Shown in pieces: positions 51,001 through 64,000 of a stretch of 64,000 nt of DNA. Position 1 is the stretch's first letter, and each line of letters begins with the position of its first letter. The position numbers were made by a program, and so were the translations under genes. Source of the DNA: Ophelia neglecta (Eukaryota); the NCBI GenBank assembly GCA_965285935.1, contig OZ260663.1, positions 26,102,001 to 26,166,000 of the forward strand, in the 5' to 3' direction. Below the pieces are notes generated by a model. The model was given only the letters and a program-made list of their open reading frames with translations. It was not told where the DNA came from and made no database searches.

Positions 51001-54000
51001 ATCAACTCCCAGCCTCTCAGTATTGAATAAATAACAAAATACAATACATATATCAGTCCAGTCGGCTCGTTACTGGAAGGTTTCAAATAGTGCATGGCCC
51101 AATGCATAGTCAAAGTCCGATGTTTACCTCTGTGGGGGGAAGATCACCCTTGAGGCCTTTTCCTAGATCATCATCCTCGAGCCATTTCGGATTAATCATA
51201 TCATCTCTTACGGGCTTAGTAGCCGGGAGCGTAGTAGGTTCCGATTGGTCAGGGGACGGATCATTTAAGGACGACGGCCTACTTAATGTTGTTTCAGTTG
51301 GTACTACTGCAATCTCCTGGTTCCCTTGTGAATCATTCGATAGTGCATGATTACTGCCTGCAAAATATTAAAAATTAATTATTTTGCCATGAAACGTTAC
51401 CTAACACGTGATACGTATGTACTTATATCAAGGTACCAATCAAATATCACAGGAATGTCCGTTTCCAGTTTACACACCTTTCAACTGAAGAGCCACGGAA
51501 TCATACCCCCGATTAAAAACAGTATTGTTTTGGTTAGTTTTCTTATGATTGGCTGCCGCTGGCATTTGAGGTAAGTGGTCAACGTCTTCCTGGAAAGACA
51601 TGCGCGCAGCTGTCATGGTCTGCAACATGGACGTCGTAATCAGGTAATTTATATTTATTAATACTATTTTTATTGCCACAAAATATCACAAATTAACAAA
51701 AAAGATGAGCAACAAGGCATCTTGTACATTAATCTAGAAATATATGTTGTCTATATATATGGGGAGGAATGTACCGGCACTAAAGTTGGCAATGAATTTG
51801 AAAGACACATATTTAACTGGCCCTTCAAAACGAACAAACATATCCGATCGCGGAAGGTAAAAAGATAATCGTAAATATTGTTAAGGGGATAGTTTTCACC
51901 AGTAGAATATAACTGTAGATCAAACGGACCACCTTTTGGACAATTCTGACCGGTGTTGATAAGGAGTAAATTAATATCCATTTTAAGAAATAGGGTAAAT
52001 ACAACAAAGTATTCAGTTTCCGTGCAAAAGCTTTAAAATGCTTCATGATTATTGTTTGCTATACACATGAATGTGGCTCATTGGCACACATGGTCTGCAA
52101 AATGTAAAGTAAATAGACAGACCATATTTTTTGTCAAAAAAAGGAAGTTTTACTACGTTCTTTCGTATGTCACTAACCTTTCCAAATACTGACCAAAGTA
52201 CTGTAAGTTGTTTTTTGTTCAAATCTGAAAATTAAGATTCCACCGAGACCGAGGCTGTGGTCTGTATCTTTTACACCACTGGAGGATGTTCATGTTAACC
52301 GTATGATGTGACCTTCACATGGGTGCAATTATTTTTACAGTGCAATAGGGAATTATGGCATAGGTTTTTGTCTGTGGCAACCCTCGTGAAAGGAGAGAAA
52401 TATGGGGTTAGGTTTTAATAGAGTAATATAGGGAAATTTCCTTGTGACAGGTTTTTGGCCGTCCTTTACCATGTGATTATATGCAAACAAATGATAATGA
52501 GCGATAACACCGGACATTGGGTTCATAATTCATCTAACATTGCTTGTGATTGATATATCAATGTTTATGCTACCTCATTAATGAGCTACCTTCTTTGTAT
52601 ACTTTACATTAGTTACCCGTGTTTTATATTTCATTCTTCTACTTCCTCATTTATTTCTTGTCCATTAATACAAAGTACATAGCAACATATTACGGATATA
52701 CAACACAATATCGCTAATGATACATGCCTCTCGGAGAACTGGAGTATCCCTTTCCCTTTCCGCCTGTTTTTTGGTGATTTCTCTGGTGCCCCAGCTGATT
52801 TTGTTAAGGTTGCACATCGAGTACACAACAAGTATCATATACATAGTCGGCACAAAGAAGAAGTAGACAGGTAAGTACAGGATAGTCATGCCCTCCTGAG
52901 GATGGAGTAGGGTTGCAAGGCCGAAAACCCCCAGGACCCATATTATAATCCAGGTGGCCGGATTACATAAACCATCCTCCCTGTATGGATTGTAAACAGA
53001 CTCAATGATATCATAACGGGGACTAATCAATGGCATGTCTGCTCTCATACTTGTTTGCTAGTGTTTAGCGCGTTCTATTGATACACTGATACTATACTTC
53101 TACCGTACATCACAATAATTATTAGGCCGACCAAAACCACCATTTGGAGGATCATAGTTAGACCTGCCATCACTGCAGCTACCTTCAACTGAAAATAACT
53201 GACATTACTACGGTAGCCTAGGCAAGTATTGACATAAAAAGCATTATGTGAAGTTATGAGTTATATCATGAAAACATGTAATAGAGTGAATCATCGGAAA
53301 TGTAACTTCCACGTCATATCCAAAGCTAAATTGTATAAGATATTGCAAGTGTTCATTCCGAAAAGATGCTCATTTGCATGATACCTGAGTGTAGGTCTTG
53401 GTGGTGAGGGCTATTATGAAGAATATCAAGAATGGGATGAACACAATTATGGAACTAATCCAACCGCCCCCTGTTATACTTCTCATGGTGGGTTGAATTC
53501 CTCCGATGATCAACAAATATATGGTCCCTGGTCCAAGAATGGAAGCAATAAACACAGTGGCTTGATAGGCAATGAATAATCTAAAATGTAAAGGAACCAC
53601 CGAACATGTCAATAGGAAATGAAATCGATATACCAGTGAATGAAGATAGATATACAACAATGCATTATTTTAGAATAAGCCATGGGATATTGCTCGCAAC
53701 CCCCATGCACCCCCACCCAAAGCCATTCAGCATATAAATGTTACCTTCCTTTGTATCAGCATTTAGTTTACCAACCACAGCCTACAAAGCCGAGTATGCA
53801 GTAATTTAATCATTAAGCAGTCAGTCTTGTATCTTCCGCTTGTTCTGAATGGTTGTGACGTTAATGTAACTACCGTACATGTAGCATTGAAGTAGTCTAT
53901 CACGGGTAACATAAAGGGTTTTACTCGGCGAATACCAAGGTTCTATGCCGGGGCTGCTTCTCTAATTTTATTGCACAACGATGGCATGTCAAGCGGGTAA

Positions 54001-57000
54001 GGATTTTTTTCTGTATTTCTTTTGCTGACGATATAATTACAAAGGGGAAAATTTTGATGAAATGATTATGTAAACAAATGTTGAAATAGAAAAGAGTCTG
54101 ATATGACTACAAATTGACCAATTTACTAAAATATTTTAAAAAAGTTGGAAAAAAGGTATTCATGTGAGCAGTTATTTGCAAATCATTTCCGTAATTGTAT
54201 ATTTCTTCTTGTACTTTGCTTTCTGTTTTTTCCTTATAATACATATTATTTAATGTAAGTGCAATGTATAATAAATGATAGGAAATGCAAAAAAAAAACC
54301 ACTTTGTTTTAATATTCAGGGGATGCATACTATAAAATAATAATAAACGTTTGTCCTACTGGTTAGTCCTATTATTGAAAAATATATCCAAGTCGCAGGA
54401 GAACCGGGAACACTCACTTGGATATTGCTTCGTTTTTTTTGATAGTTTTAGTGGATGTCTCCAAAAGACTTATAAGATTCAACATTGACGAAAAGGTCCA
54501 TCGTCTGCGTTGATTGAAGAACTCTTTTAGTCCCTCTGGGGCGTAGGTCCTGACGTCGGCGATCGCAGAGTACTTCAACCGGTAACCGTGCTGAAGGAGG
54601 AGGGTGGACAACCACCTGTCTTCCCCTGTAACAAATCTCTGTTGTTCTTATAATCAATTAGATTAAGCATACCACAGATATGGTTTATGCATTTTCAGAT
54701 GTATATAGCAGGCAATTACTAGTTGTATGGCCTCTGTAGTCGTTGTATAAGTGTTTGCCATGTTGTTGAGTTACCTTGATCGTACTGGATATGCTGTCGA
54801 GCTGTGTCTGCTGTTTTACTGTAGGTATTCATGACATCACCCATCAATGACGATGCCCGAAATAACGAAAAGCAGCCAGAACAACAAATAACGGATCCCA
54901 GCACGTGTTCTGTGGCCTTTTGGAGCCAGTAACCGAGAGAATACTCAAACTTCTGGTACCATATCAAAGGCCCTACATATATACAATATAACAGTTAAGA
55001 GATAAACAGGAACATCTATTGTTTACAAGCAATATGACTCTTTCATATATTATTCGAACGGTAGACCCATATGATAATCAAATTTAAGTGGAGATCAAAG
55101 CTTATTGAAAGGACCCAACCTGATCCAATAGGATGAATCCTACCACAAACTGCGCCCATTCTGTGGTGGCGTTTCATCAGGTCGAGAAGAAGAATTATTG
55201 ATTCCGGTTTGAAGTCGACGTCTCCATCCAGAGCCAGTAGAAATGTGTTTCTGGCTCTGATTGCCTTGCGTGGTTCGGACATTGTTGATGCTTGTATGTT
55301 ATGACTGACAAAGTAATGCATAAACATCACCTAGAGGTATAAAAGAAACAAGAATAAATGAGAATTAAAAGCGATCGTTAATTCTGAAAACGATTTCAAT
55401 ATCAAGGTCGTACATTTAGCGATTTACTCATGTCATTGTGAGAAAATACATGATGTTCATTTTGACAACAAAATCTTATGTGAACAAAGCACATTTATCA
55501 TGGGACAATTCATCACAAAGCACAATTATCATAGCCAACATGGATTAAATATCAAGAAAATAGGTCACCTGACTCCATCTTTTTCTATGTCTGATTTTCA
55601 TTTTGTCCTTCATGTGCACATACAATTTGGTGCCAAACGGTAAGGTGTATTCCAGCCTACCGCCATACGGTGTCGGGTAGCGTCTGGGCTCCTCAAGTTC
55701 CCTCTTCTGCTTGTACATCGAGCTGATATGAATTGTAACGTGTAAGGGAAACTATTGATTTAAATAATAAAAAAGGTTAAGAGAAATATATATCTGACTT
55801 ACAAAGAAACTTTCTTTATGGCAGCTGCAAGTTGTTTAACAAAACTATTTATGGTGTAATCACTTTCTTCTTCAGCGTGATGTTCAAAGGCATCGTCAAA
55901 GAAAATGTGGCCTGCAATGCAACAACCAACGCCTCAAGCATAATAATATGGCATAATGACATAAAAAGTAACAAAGCTAATAAGACAAGACTCGTCCAGC
56001 GGTCGTTCTATATGAAATTGGCCTTAAACGTATCAATTATGATATCACTTACTCTCTAGCTCATAATACTCCATTTCTTTTACACTGAATTGTTCTCTTG
56101 CCAATCGTCTTATTGAATTATCTTTATCCAGCCTACATAGAAATAACATAGCTGTAGGTTGCAGGGAAATAAATAAATCTTCTATCTCTTACATATTAAA
56201 GGACGGGTGAAATCAATATCCGAAATTCCAAAAATCATACCATCGGATATCACAACCTATCTACTATTCAAAAGCATGCTATCTAACACATAAACCAGGC
56301 AATCCAGATATGTTTTCTGCCCGTTTTTGGCCAATCACAAGCCAGCTTGGCCAATATTATTATCGCCCTAAGGATTCTTGCAAAACTACCAGGACAAGGT
56401 AGAAAGGTTAATTACCTAAGGATCGATTTAAGTATCTGGGCCATCTCATCCACACTTTCATGCCACATTGTGGCACATAGTTTGATACAGGGTATATAGT
56501 CAGCGTTTGTCACAGACGATAACTCTTCCGATATCCGAGAATTGGACAATCTGACCTGACAATAACGAACATTTCTTTTATTTGACTAAAGACTGAAGGT
56601 TTTATTTAGTTGTTATCAATGTAAAAGCTATACCTTAATTTCGAGGAGGTCACACTCTTTGTCGTTTCGACGTTTGTTGTAGACCAAGGACTGTTCGATA
56701 AGTGTCCCACAATAAGCTGGGTTAACCCAAATACTGGAAAACATTTACTAAGGTGAATGAAAAGCAAAAACAACATATGAAGATCACATGGATTTAAGTG
56801 TTCCGTTGTTAATATTACTATTACTTTAAAACATTACATATTACATTAACTACAGTATATGAGCATAGAGACACAAAAAGCATTCTATATTGCTCAACGG
56901 GAACCAAGTTTACCCTTGTTTAGATTGTTACCTTTAAGTTATTTAAGTTTAAGTTTTCCTACCGGTCAATATTATCCAGTCGTTCTGTTCGTGGCATCCA

Positions 57001-58929
57001 TAGATGTCTGGCGATCCACAATTGGGAAACCCACCAGATAAATCCAAAATAACTCCATCTTTCATTGGCCACATTCGACCAGTTCTCCCATCCGCTATAA
57101 CAATTCCAAAAAGCGTAGGTACCTAAACTCCACACTCCGCTTGTACATGTGATGCATGTCCATTGGAGAATTCCAAGTGTGGTGGGCGTGGCCAACAAAA
57201 TAGCGAGGTTGTACGTTTCTTTCTGGACGGCACCCATGATAGAAAGGCCTATAAATAAATGGGCCAACAAACTACAACCCGCCTGCACTCCGAATACTAT
57301 GAGCCAATCATAAGTAAAATTGTCTTTTCCGGTAGCGTTGCAAGTTCCGGAATCAGGCAGATAAAAGTTTTCGCGATATAAAATTCTTTTCACATCTTGG
57401 GATGGGTATTTCAATTTGAATACGGGGAAGATTAACGCGAATGTGAATGCCAATTTCCACATGTAAACAATTAACATTACTTTGGCTCTTGTATTGTGGA
57501 TGGTCGTTTTCAGGTTCCACAGTTTTTTTCCAATACTTCCAAAGCTATTTTCATTATCAATGAAGTTTTCCCAGTAATTTGTCGAAATTAGGATTAGTGC
57601 TAGAGGGGTTGGCCAAAACTGGCTCCCGGTCTCTTCCAGGCCTGTATCGTCGGGCCAATATCCAATGTCACAGGTAGCATTGGCATAAACTGGTTTCGCT
57701 GCGGTGAACACCGGGTAGAATAAAGATGCTGATATCTGGATAAGTAGTGAAACTCCATCAAAAATGATAAGGGCTGTATGTTGTTTGATGCTCAGCCGAA
57801 GAAGGGAGGGGACGAGTCCAACGCCTGTCATCAGGAGAACTGCCCTGGTGACATCGAGTTGAGGAAGGACCCAGAACAGGAGGAGCATCAGCCCGATGGT
57901 GTGGAGGCTCTCCATCAGCAATACCTGGTGGTATAAGCAAATTTTAATGGAAAGCACTGGCATATCGTGTCAGCACCTAATCCATGAAGGCACGTTGTTC
58001 ATTTGAATGCTTTTGATATATGTGGTGGTAAAATGCAACAATTTAACCAGGCAACATTAATAAGCTTCACCAATGTTAAGAATAAATTAATACTGACAAT
58101 TGAATTCCATGGTCCTACTCACGTAAATAGTTGACCAAAATTTTGCTGCTTCATATTTCTTAACTATAATTTTTTTGCAGCTTCTGATTAGACCTACGAA
58201 ATAGGGAAACGATATACACAACAGTAGACACCACATCCAGCGAACACCCTCTAAACGACTAGAGGAAGTAGTAAGCAGACATCCTGGAATTCCACACTGG
58301 TTTTGGTTTAAGGGCAGAGAAGTTCCATTTATTGAACAGCTTTTGCTAGTAGTGAAATGACTAATATTGTTTGCAAGATGTAAATTTGACGTTATAAAGA
58401 CCACGCCCATTTTACTAGCCACAGTGGATCCTAATATGATTAATAGACATATCAGAATGAATGCCAGTTTCAAGAGTTTTTTCAAACATTCATAGCATCT
58501 CTCGGAACCGGGAGCCTCGTCATCTTCGCTAGAATGCTTGAAAGTATTCAAAGCGAATTCTGTTGTTGACGAGTGGCTATATCTGTAAGGTATATGGTAA
58601 TGGTTAATAGTTATTTAACTATTAGATATATAAACATATTTGCGATGTTACCATGCTATGCAGATTCTATACAAGATGTAGATTATTAAACATTTTTATC
58701 TTACTCTTCGGCTTTTGATGCCACATTTTCATTTTCTGTGATTGCTGTGTTTTCCTTTGAATCCGTGAAGCCCATGTTCTGGCGAGCCCAGTTTGGGTCT
58801 GATCCACTGCTTCCATTGCTGATGGTGCTGGAGTTATCCAAGTCAATTGAACACCAGAATATCTTGTCCGGGGATTGCATATTGACTGTTGTCGATCGAT
58901 GTTCGCCGTTGATAGTAGGGAGGTTCTCT
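48079..58929 (-). CDS. CHS: Chitin synthase (GT2 family), about 20 exons; 5' end uncertain
   Basis: Exons include about 58705-58929, 58123-58582, 56963-57924, 56634-56733, 56416-56555 (CATMWHE), 56053-56132, 55803-55911 (FFDDAF), about 55570-55723 (PTPYGGRL, KIRHRKRWSQ), about 55120-55330 (DGDVDF), about 54775-54972 (QKFEY, GCFSLFR, QYDQ), about 54418-54626 (GEDRWL, QRRRW), about 53385-53581, about 52740-52980 (SWGTRE), about 51478-51619, 51128-51357, 49746-49910 (LKDLRNK), 48563-48682, 48079-48153 (stop). Confidence 0.95.
48240..48483. mobile_element. MITE (244 bp) with 9-bp target-site duplication (Mutator-like) and telomere-like internal repeats, in the last CHS intron
   Basis: TIR GGCATACTGGAAAACCTGATACGAAATAC (29 bp, 1 mismatch); ATAAGAATA at 48231-48239 and 48484-48492; internal GGGTAAGGGGTAGGGTTA and CCCTAACCCTAA. 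Confidence 0.88.
50069..50265. mobile_element. Degenerate MITE in a CHS intron
   Basis: GCTATTGATTAAACGCGGAG...CTCCGCTTTTAATCAAAAGT imperfect inverted ends; internal GGTTAGGG; T-rich flanks without a clean duplication. Confidence 0.5.
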
Positions 58930-61900
58930 AGATTGTACTAATTGTGTTAGGCTGTCCTTCATAGGGTAAGAGTTAATTACATATGTAAATGGGGGTTAAT
59001 TATGACACCCGAAGTTAATCTTGTAACCAATGTCCTACAATATATCGAAATAATAATTGATTTTCTATTCTTAAATATTATTTACTATCACGGGAGGCAA
59101 CTAGAGTACCACAAAAAGTGTGCGTTATCCTTCGCTTAAGCATGCGTCGTTTATGTCTATCGAACGTTCGGCATTTTAATGGCATGTATATAGGCTGTTT
59201 TATAATAATGGAATTATGTCCTGAATGGTGATCACCTCAATCGAGACCGTTGCATTACGGTTTAAGGTTTTTTTTCGCAAGAAGCGTGGGCTAAAGATAG
59301 TTTAACCAATTAGATGATATGTCAAAGGTACCAGTGTTTATCAAAACAAAACATGCATAGTTCATAATGTTTATTATAGGTTAATGTGACCGCAGCATTA
59401 TCAAAATCAAAAGTGAAATTCCAAATGTTCCTTTTAATGCATATTAGATCATTTACCAGAATACGAACCTCGCCAACCTATTCATTATTTTAATTGACAG
59501 AATGCTAGAGGGCCAAGCATGCACTCGGTAACTTGCGCAGAAAAGATAGTAACGCCTGCATAACTTCAGACTCTACACAGATCTTTCATATTACATGATT
59601 ATTCATTATTATTGTAATAAGATGGGTGAGGAAATTCGTCTGTGTTTCTACACACTTCTCTACGAGTCGTCTGTGGATGGCTTAGTGAAAGGTAAAATAA
59701 TTAGGAATCTAAAATGTAGTATGCAAACCTTACTATGAAGGTCATTCGCATTGCAAGAAATCAAAAACATCTCCATAAGGGTGATTTACATTACTGCATC
59801 TGTAATTTGCTTACAACTATTTCGCAGAATTTGAATATAGGAATATTGATCGCAATAGCAGCGACCTCCAAAAACAACTTTTACATTTTGTACGTTATTT
59901 TAAAGCATTTACTTTATTTTATGGATGGCACATTTTGGAAATACTCAGAATATGATGAATTAGCATGTCAATGTCATTAATTAAGTCTATATAAAGATGA
60001 TTGGTTTGGAACTATGGCAAGGGTAACCATAGCAACATTTTCAAATAAAAAAGAAGCAATTACTAAAATGACTCTCTGTGGAATTTTAATATCATTTTGG
60101 TATGAATATGCATGATATTTATTATCATCTCGGTATGAATATGCATGATATATACTTCTATTGTCTATGTATCTGTCACAATCGGTCAGTATTCGCATAG
60201 AGATCGTTCATCCTGATTGAGAAGGGCATTACCAGACTACTCCCAAAGAGTAATGCAGGAAAGTCCCTACACTTAAGCCACACCATGTTTTTTTTTTGTT
60301 GAATGACGAAATCAGGTGACCCAATTATGCATGCACAGTAGCGCGTAATATTGCAGTTGATCCTGGATCACTTCCAACTGATTCCTGCTCTCCAAAATAA
60401 AGTTAATAGTATGTCAGACCTCTTGAAGTTTTCTGAGGGCATCCAGATATAATCCATGTTCGAAGATGCAGACTATGATATGTTCACTTACTATAGATCA
60501 TTTGGTTGCCATGGATGTCATGCCTTTTTACAAGAAAGATAACAGAAGATTGAGTTGCATAGACCATGTAGACAGTAGCTGCTTTTCCAATCCTGTAGTA
60601 TTGTTCTTATTATACAAAAAACATTTTTAGATATGCAAAAACATCCATTTTAACTAACACCTGCATAGTCCATTGGACATTGGAGGGCTCCTATTTGAGT
60701 ATAAACTAGCTTATAGGTGATTATAAAATGGAAACATAGTATAATAGTATAATATTAGCCATTGGGCAGCATCAGACATGTAAATGCATCTATCATGTCT
60801 TTGTAAATTTGATTGCATTAACCAAAATTGATGCATAAGCAACAGGACAGCCATCTTAATACTCTATCTGTATACTCTAGTATATGCCAATGGCCCTTTA
60901 AAGTCTAGGCGAATTGCCTACAATAGGAGGTTAATGATCAGCATAGTTAATTTTCAATACAGTCATCAATGACTTGCATACCATCATCACGTGACACACG
61001 CATTCAGACAAAAGATAATGATCTATTTAGGGCATTCTTCTCGTATAGATACAAGGAGTAAATGTTGATTTGGTTCAACACTCAGAAAAGTCAGCAATGC
61101 ACAGGAACTTCTCTCTACAAAAGGTAAGGACAACTATACCATTGCTGTTTGTATATCCTTACCATTTAAAATATACTATTAGATTAACAGTGATGTTCAG
61201 TATGTATAGAGTCACCCTAATAATCCAGATGAGCACTCATTATCATACTGGCCTGACCCTTGCCTTCGGCCCTTTGGCTTTGGGCTGTCCTCTGACCTTG
61301 GCATCCCGTGTCGGTGGAGAGGAATCCACTCTCTTTCTCCTAGAAAGGTAGTCCCGCGTCCCCTCCCCTGACCAACACCCATATAGACATAGAGCACGGG
61401 TAGGATGTGTGGATAAGAAAAATAGGCAATTTCATAATCTGGGACATTTAAGCTCAGGATTTGTGGTACCACAGGGAATAAGCTATGCCCCGCATGCCGA
61501 TATATTGAGCTCGTGTATCCCTCCCGAGTCATAGGAAATTTAACGGACCACGTCCCGGTCATGGTAAACGAAAATCCTTGATCCAGGATCTCAGAAAAGC
61601 GTCAAATCCCTTTTCACGAAATATTCTCCCATCACATATAAATGAAAAAAGCCGTTCCAGATAACAGGAAATACGCATACCAAAACGGTTAATGGCAAAT
61701 CGTCACGGGCATCGCACCTGAAAGCACACCATAACTAAAAACAGTCACAGTGTGTGTATGCAAGCAGTGCATATAATCTGACGAATAGGGTTGTGTCGGC
61801 GAGAACACATGTAAAAAGAAAACACAGAAACTGTTCAATATAATTCTGAGGAGGAATAACAAAAGTTTGATTATATTTGTATTCATAATGAATCACCCCT

Positions 61901-64000
61901 AAAGGTTATTGTCGTATTTCCGGCATTTTATATCATTTTGCCTCATGTCCAAGTATCAGTACCGAGAATAATCAAATATGTGTGACATGTGAGCTGGTCG
62001 GAGTTCGGGGTCTGGGTTTTTGGCAATTCATTGGAAGTAATTTTTGGTTGCTCTTAAGGATCGACAGGTTATATTTGTCCCTTTTCACGTGCGATTGATA
62101 AGGAACTCTCCCTTTATTTAATGTGCTTGTACATGTTTTTCTTCAGCAAGGCGCATGTCCGTGTTCAAATGAAAAGTAGTCCCGTTTAGTTCTGGTCACT
62201 TTCTGGGTGCGACCACCGTACCAGCTGTGATTTATTTAACAGTTCATACTGTGAACGACGCTAGAACCATGGTTAATGCCCGTGCCTTAACGTTGACTTC
62301 ACTTGGGTTGTAAGTAAAGGCCACGTGTTTCGGTGTGTTAAGATTCAACAAGCAAAGTGCCAAACCCTACAATTCATCACAACCGCCTCCTAGTCATCGA
62401 CCTATTTTATATTTAATGTTATTTTCTTCTATGTTTAATTAACTTGTTTTCTTTTTTCTTAAACCAAATGGTGCCCTTATGGTGATATAATTGTCAGTAA
62501 TTTTCATCCAGTTTATCAATTGGTGAGCAATGTCCTCGCTATTGAGGACTTCTGTTTCTAAACTATGGCTAGTGTACTTTGTGAACGACACGCATCATGT
62601 CTCCCCCTGCGATCTACAGTGTTCGCATAGTGTTTTGGAACATAGGGCTAGCTTCATTAAATTGCAAGTAATGCAAGTCCTCAGGGTGTGTTTCCTTTCA
62701 ACCATTGCTATGATGATTGTCATTTTATTGAGGCACTGTAAGATCCTTGCCACTAAGGTACTACATTACATCTGAAGGATCTGTCACCGAATTTGAAACT
62801 CATTCAAAAACATCCTAATAATGTTTAAATTAGGCCTAGATCTAGGTAGAAGCACACGGGTGACAGGATAGTCGATCAATAGATAGAGTATCAACTATAA
62901 TCATGGGGTCCTCAGTGGTAAGGAATAGTCGTTGATCTCCACAGAATACCGGACAGATATACATTAAAATTTTATCAACCCAAATAATATACAAGTCCGA
63001 ATATGTCCCGCCAACCAAACGATATCAGTGGAATTTTCAACGGTAAAAAGTAGGAAACTTGTTGAGAGGTTTTATGTTCTATATAGGCAGACCATTCGTA
63101 GGTGAAGGAGCTATGGTCATGGCATTGTGGCAACGTTACCCAATGATAAAGAGTAACCACAAAACCAAGCATTATATCTAGAGAGCCACGTTTCTTACAT
63201 AACACGAGAGAAAACTACAAGTAAATCACAAAAATATATATTTCCTCACCTGCACTATTTTCTCGTCGAATTTCGCTAGTTGATACCGTGTAGTTCTAAA
63301 TCCTAGTTAGTTTTTACCAAATATATACGTTGAAAATTAAATTTAAAAAATCAGACCTTTACTACAAGCCTGAAAAAGCGAACATGACAAGTCTGACCTT
63401 TCATACTATCAACAGGGTGTAATGTGCAGTTTCGGGTGGCTGAGTTCGTCCACGAATTAGTTTGCAGAAAGGGGGATGGACTGAAAGTGCCGGTTCACCA
63501 TCACACAAATGTTTAAATTAATGTTGAGGTCATTCTCAACGGAGGGCGGTTAAACTAACACGGAAAATAAGTGATACCACAAAATAATGTGATAAACTGT
63601 ATTCCCAAATTGTTCCTAAATTGATTATATGTCAATTTGCATGTGAATTTTGCTCACGGACAAAATACCTTTAATTAAGACCCTCAAAACTAGCGATGTT
63701 CATGGTACCAACAGATCACTTCATATAACCCCCTCCCCCCTGGATTGGATTTATGTATATGCAAAACGAGCGAACGAGTGGTATTTAAGGTTGACGTGAT
63801 CGCGTGAAAGGTGGGTGTTCAATGTTTTTCACTAGCTATATAATAAAGAATGTCAAGTCTTAAGGGAAAAGAAACTGCATCTCCTTATTGATAAAGAGCT
63901 GAGTCATATCATCAAAACGACAACTAAGACTGTTCCATTTATACAGACTTTAGAATGCAAATAAATTTATTTAAATACTAATTTTAAAAGAAATGGGCAA

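Noticed and set aside
59000-64000. Short ORFs upstream of chitin synthase
   Set aside because: No recognisable domains or consistent exon chain; probably 5' intron/UTR and repeat fragments (possible minus-strand donor near 63248 is unsupported).

Overview
AT-rich, intron-containing animal (probably invertebrate) genomic DNA, not prokaryotic; the taxon cannot be fixed from sequence alone. The + strand from about 4 to 46 kb carries a tandem array of four 2'-5'-oligoadenylate synthetase (OAS)-family genes, which I rebuilt exon by exon with matching intron phases. Three are fused to N-terminal C2H2 zinc fingers that the ORF track shows only in fragments: copy 1 has 4 fingers, copies 3 and 4 have 3 each. 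Copy 2 has no fingers and carries a frameshift. Copy 3 looks like a chimera, with the finger exons of copy 4 joined to the catalytic exons of copy 2 by a large tandem duplication. A repeated promoter/5'-exon module with a conserved kB-like plus IRF/ISRE-like motif precedes the copies. The - strand from about 48 to 59 kb holds a multi-exon chitin synthase, convergent with the array. Several non-autonomous TIR elements (MITEs) are present, and a probable divergently transcribed gene starts at the left edge. All coordinates and counts were done by hand.
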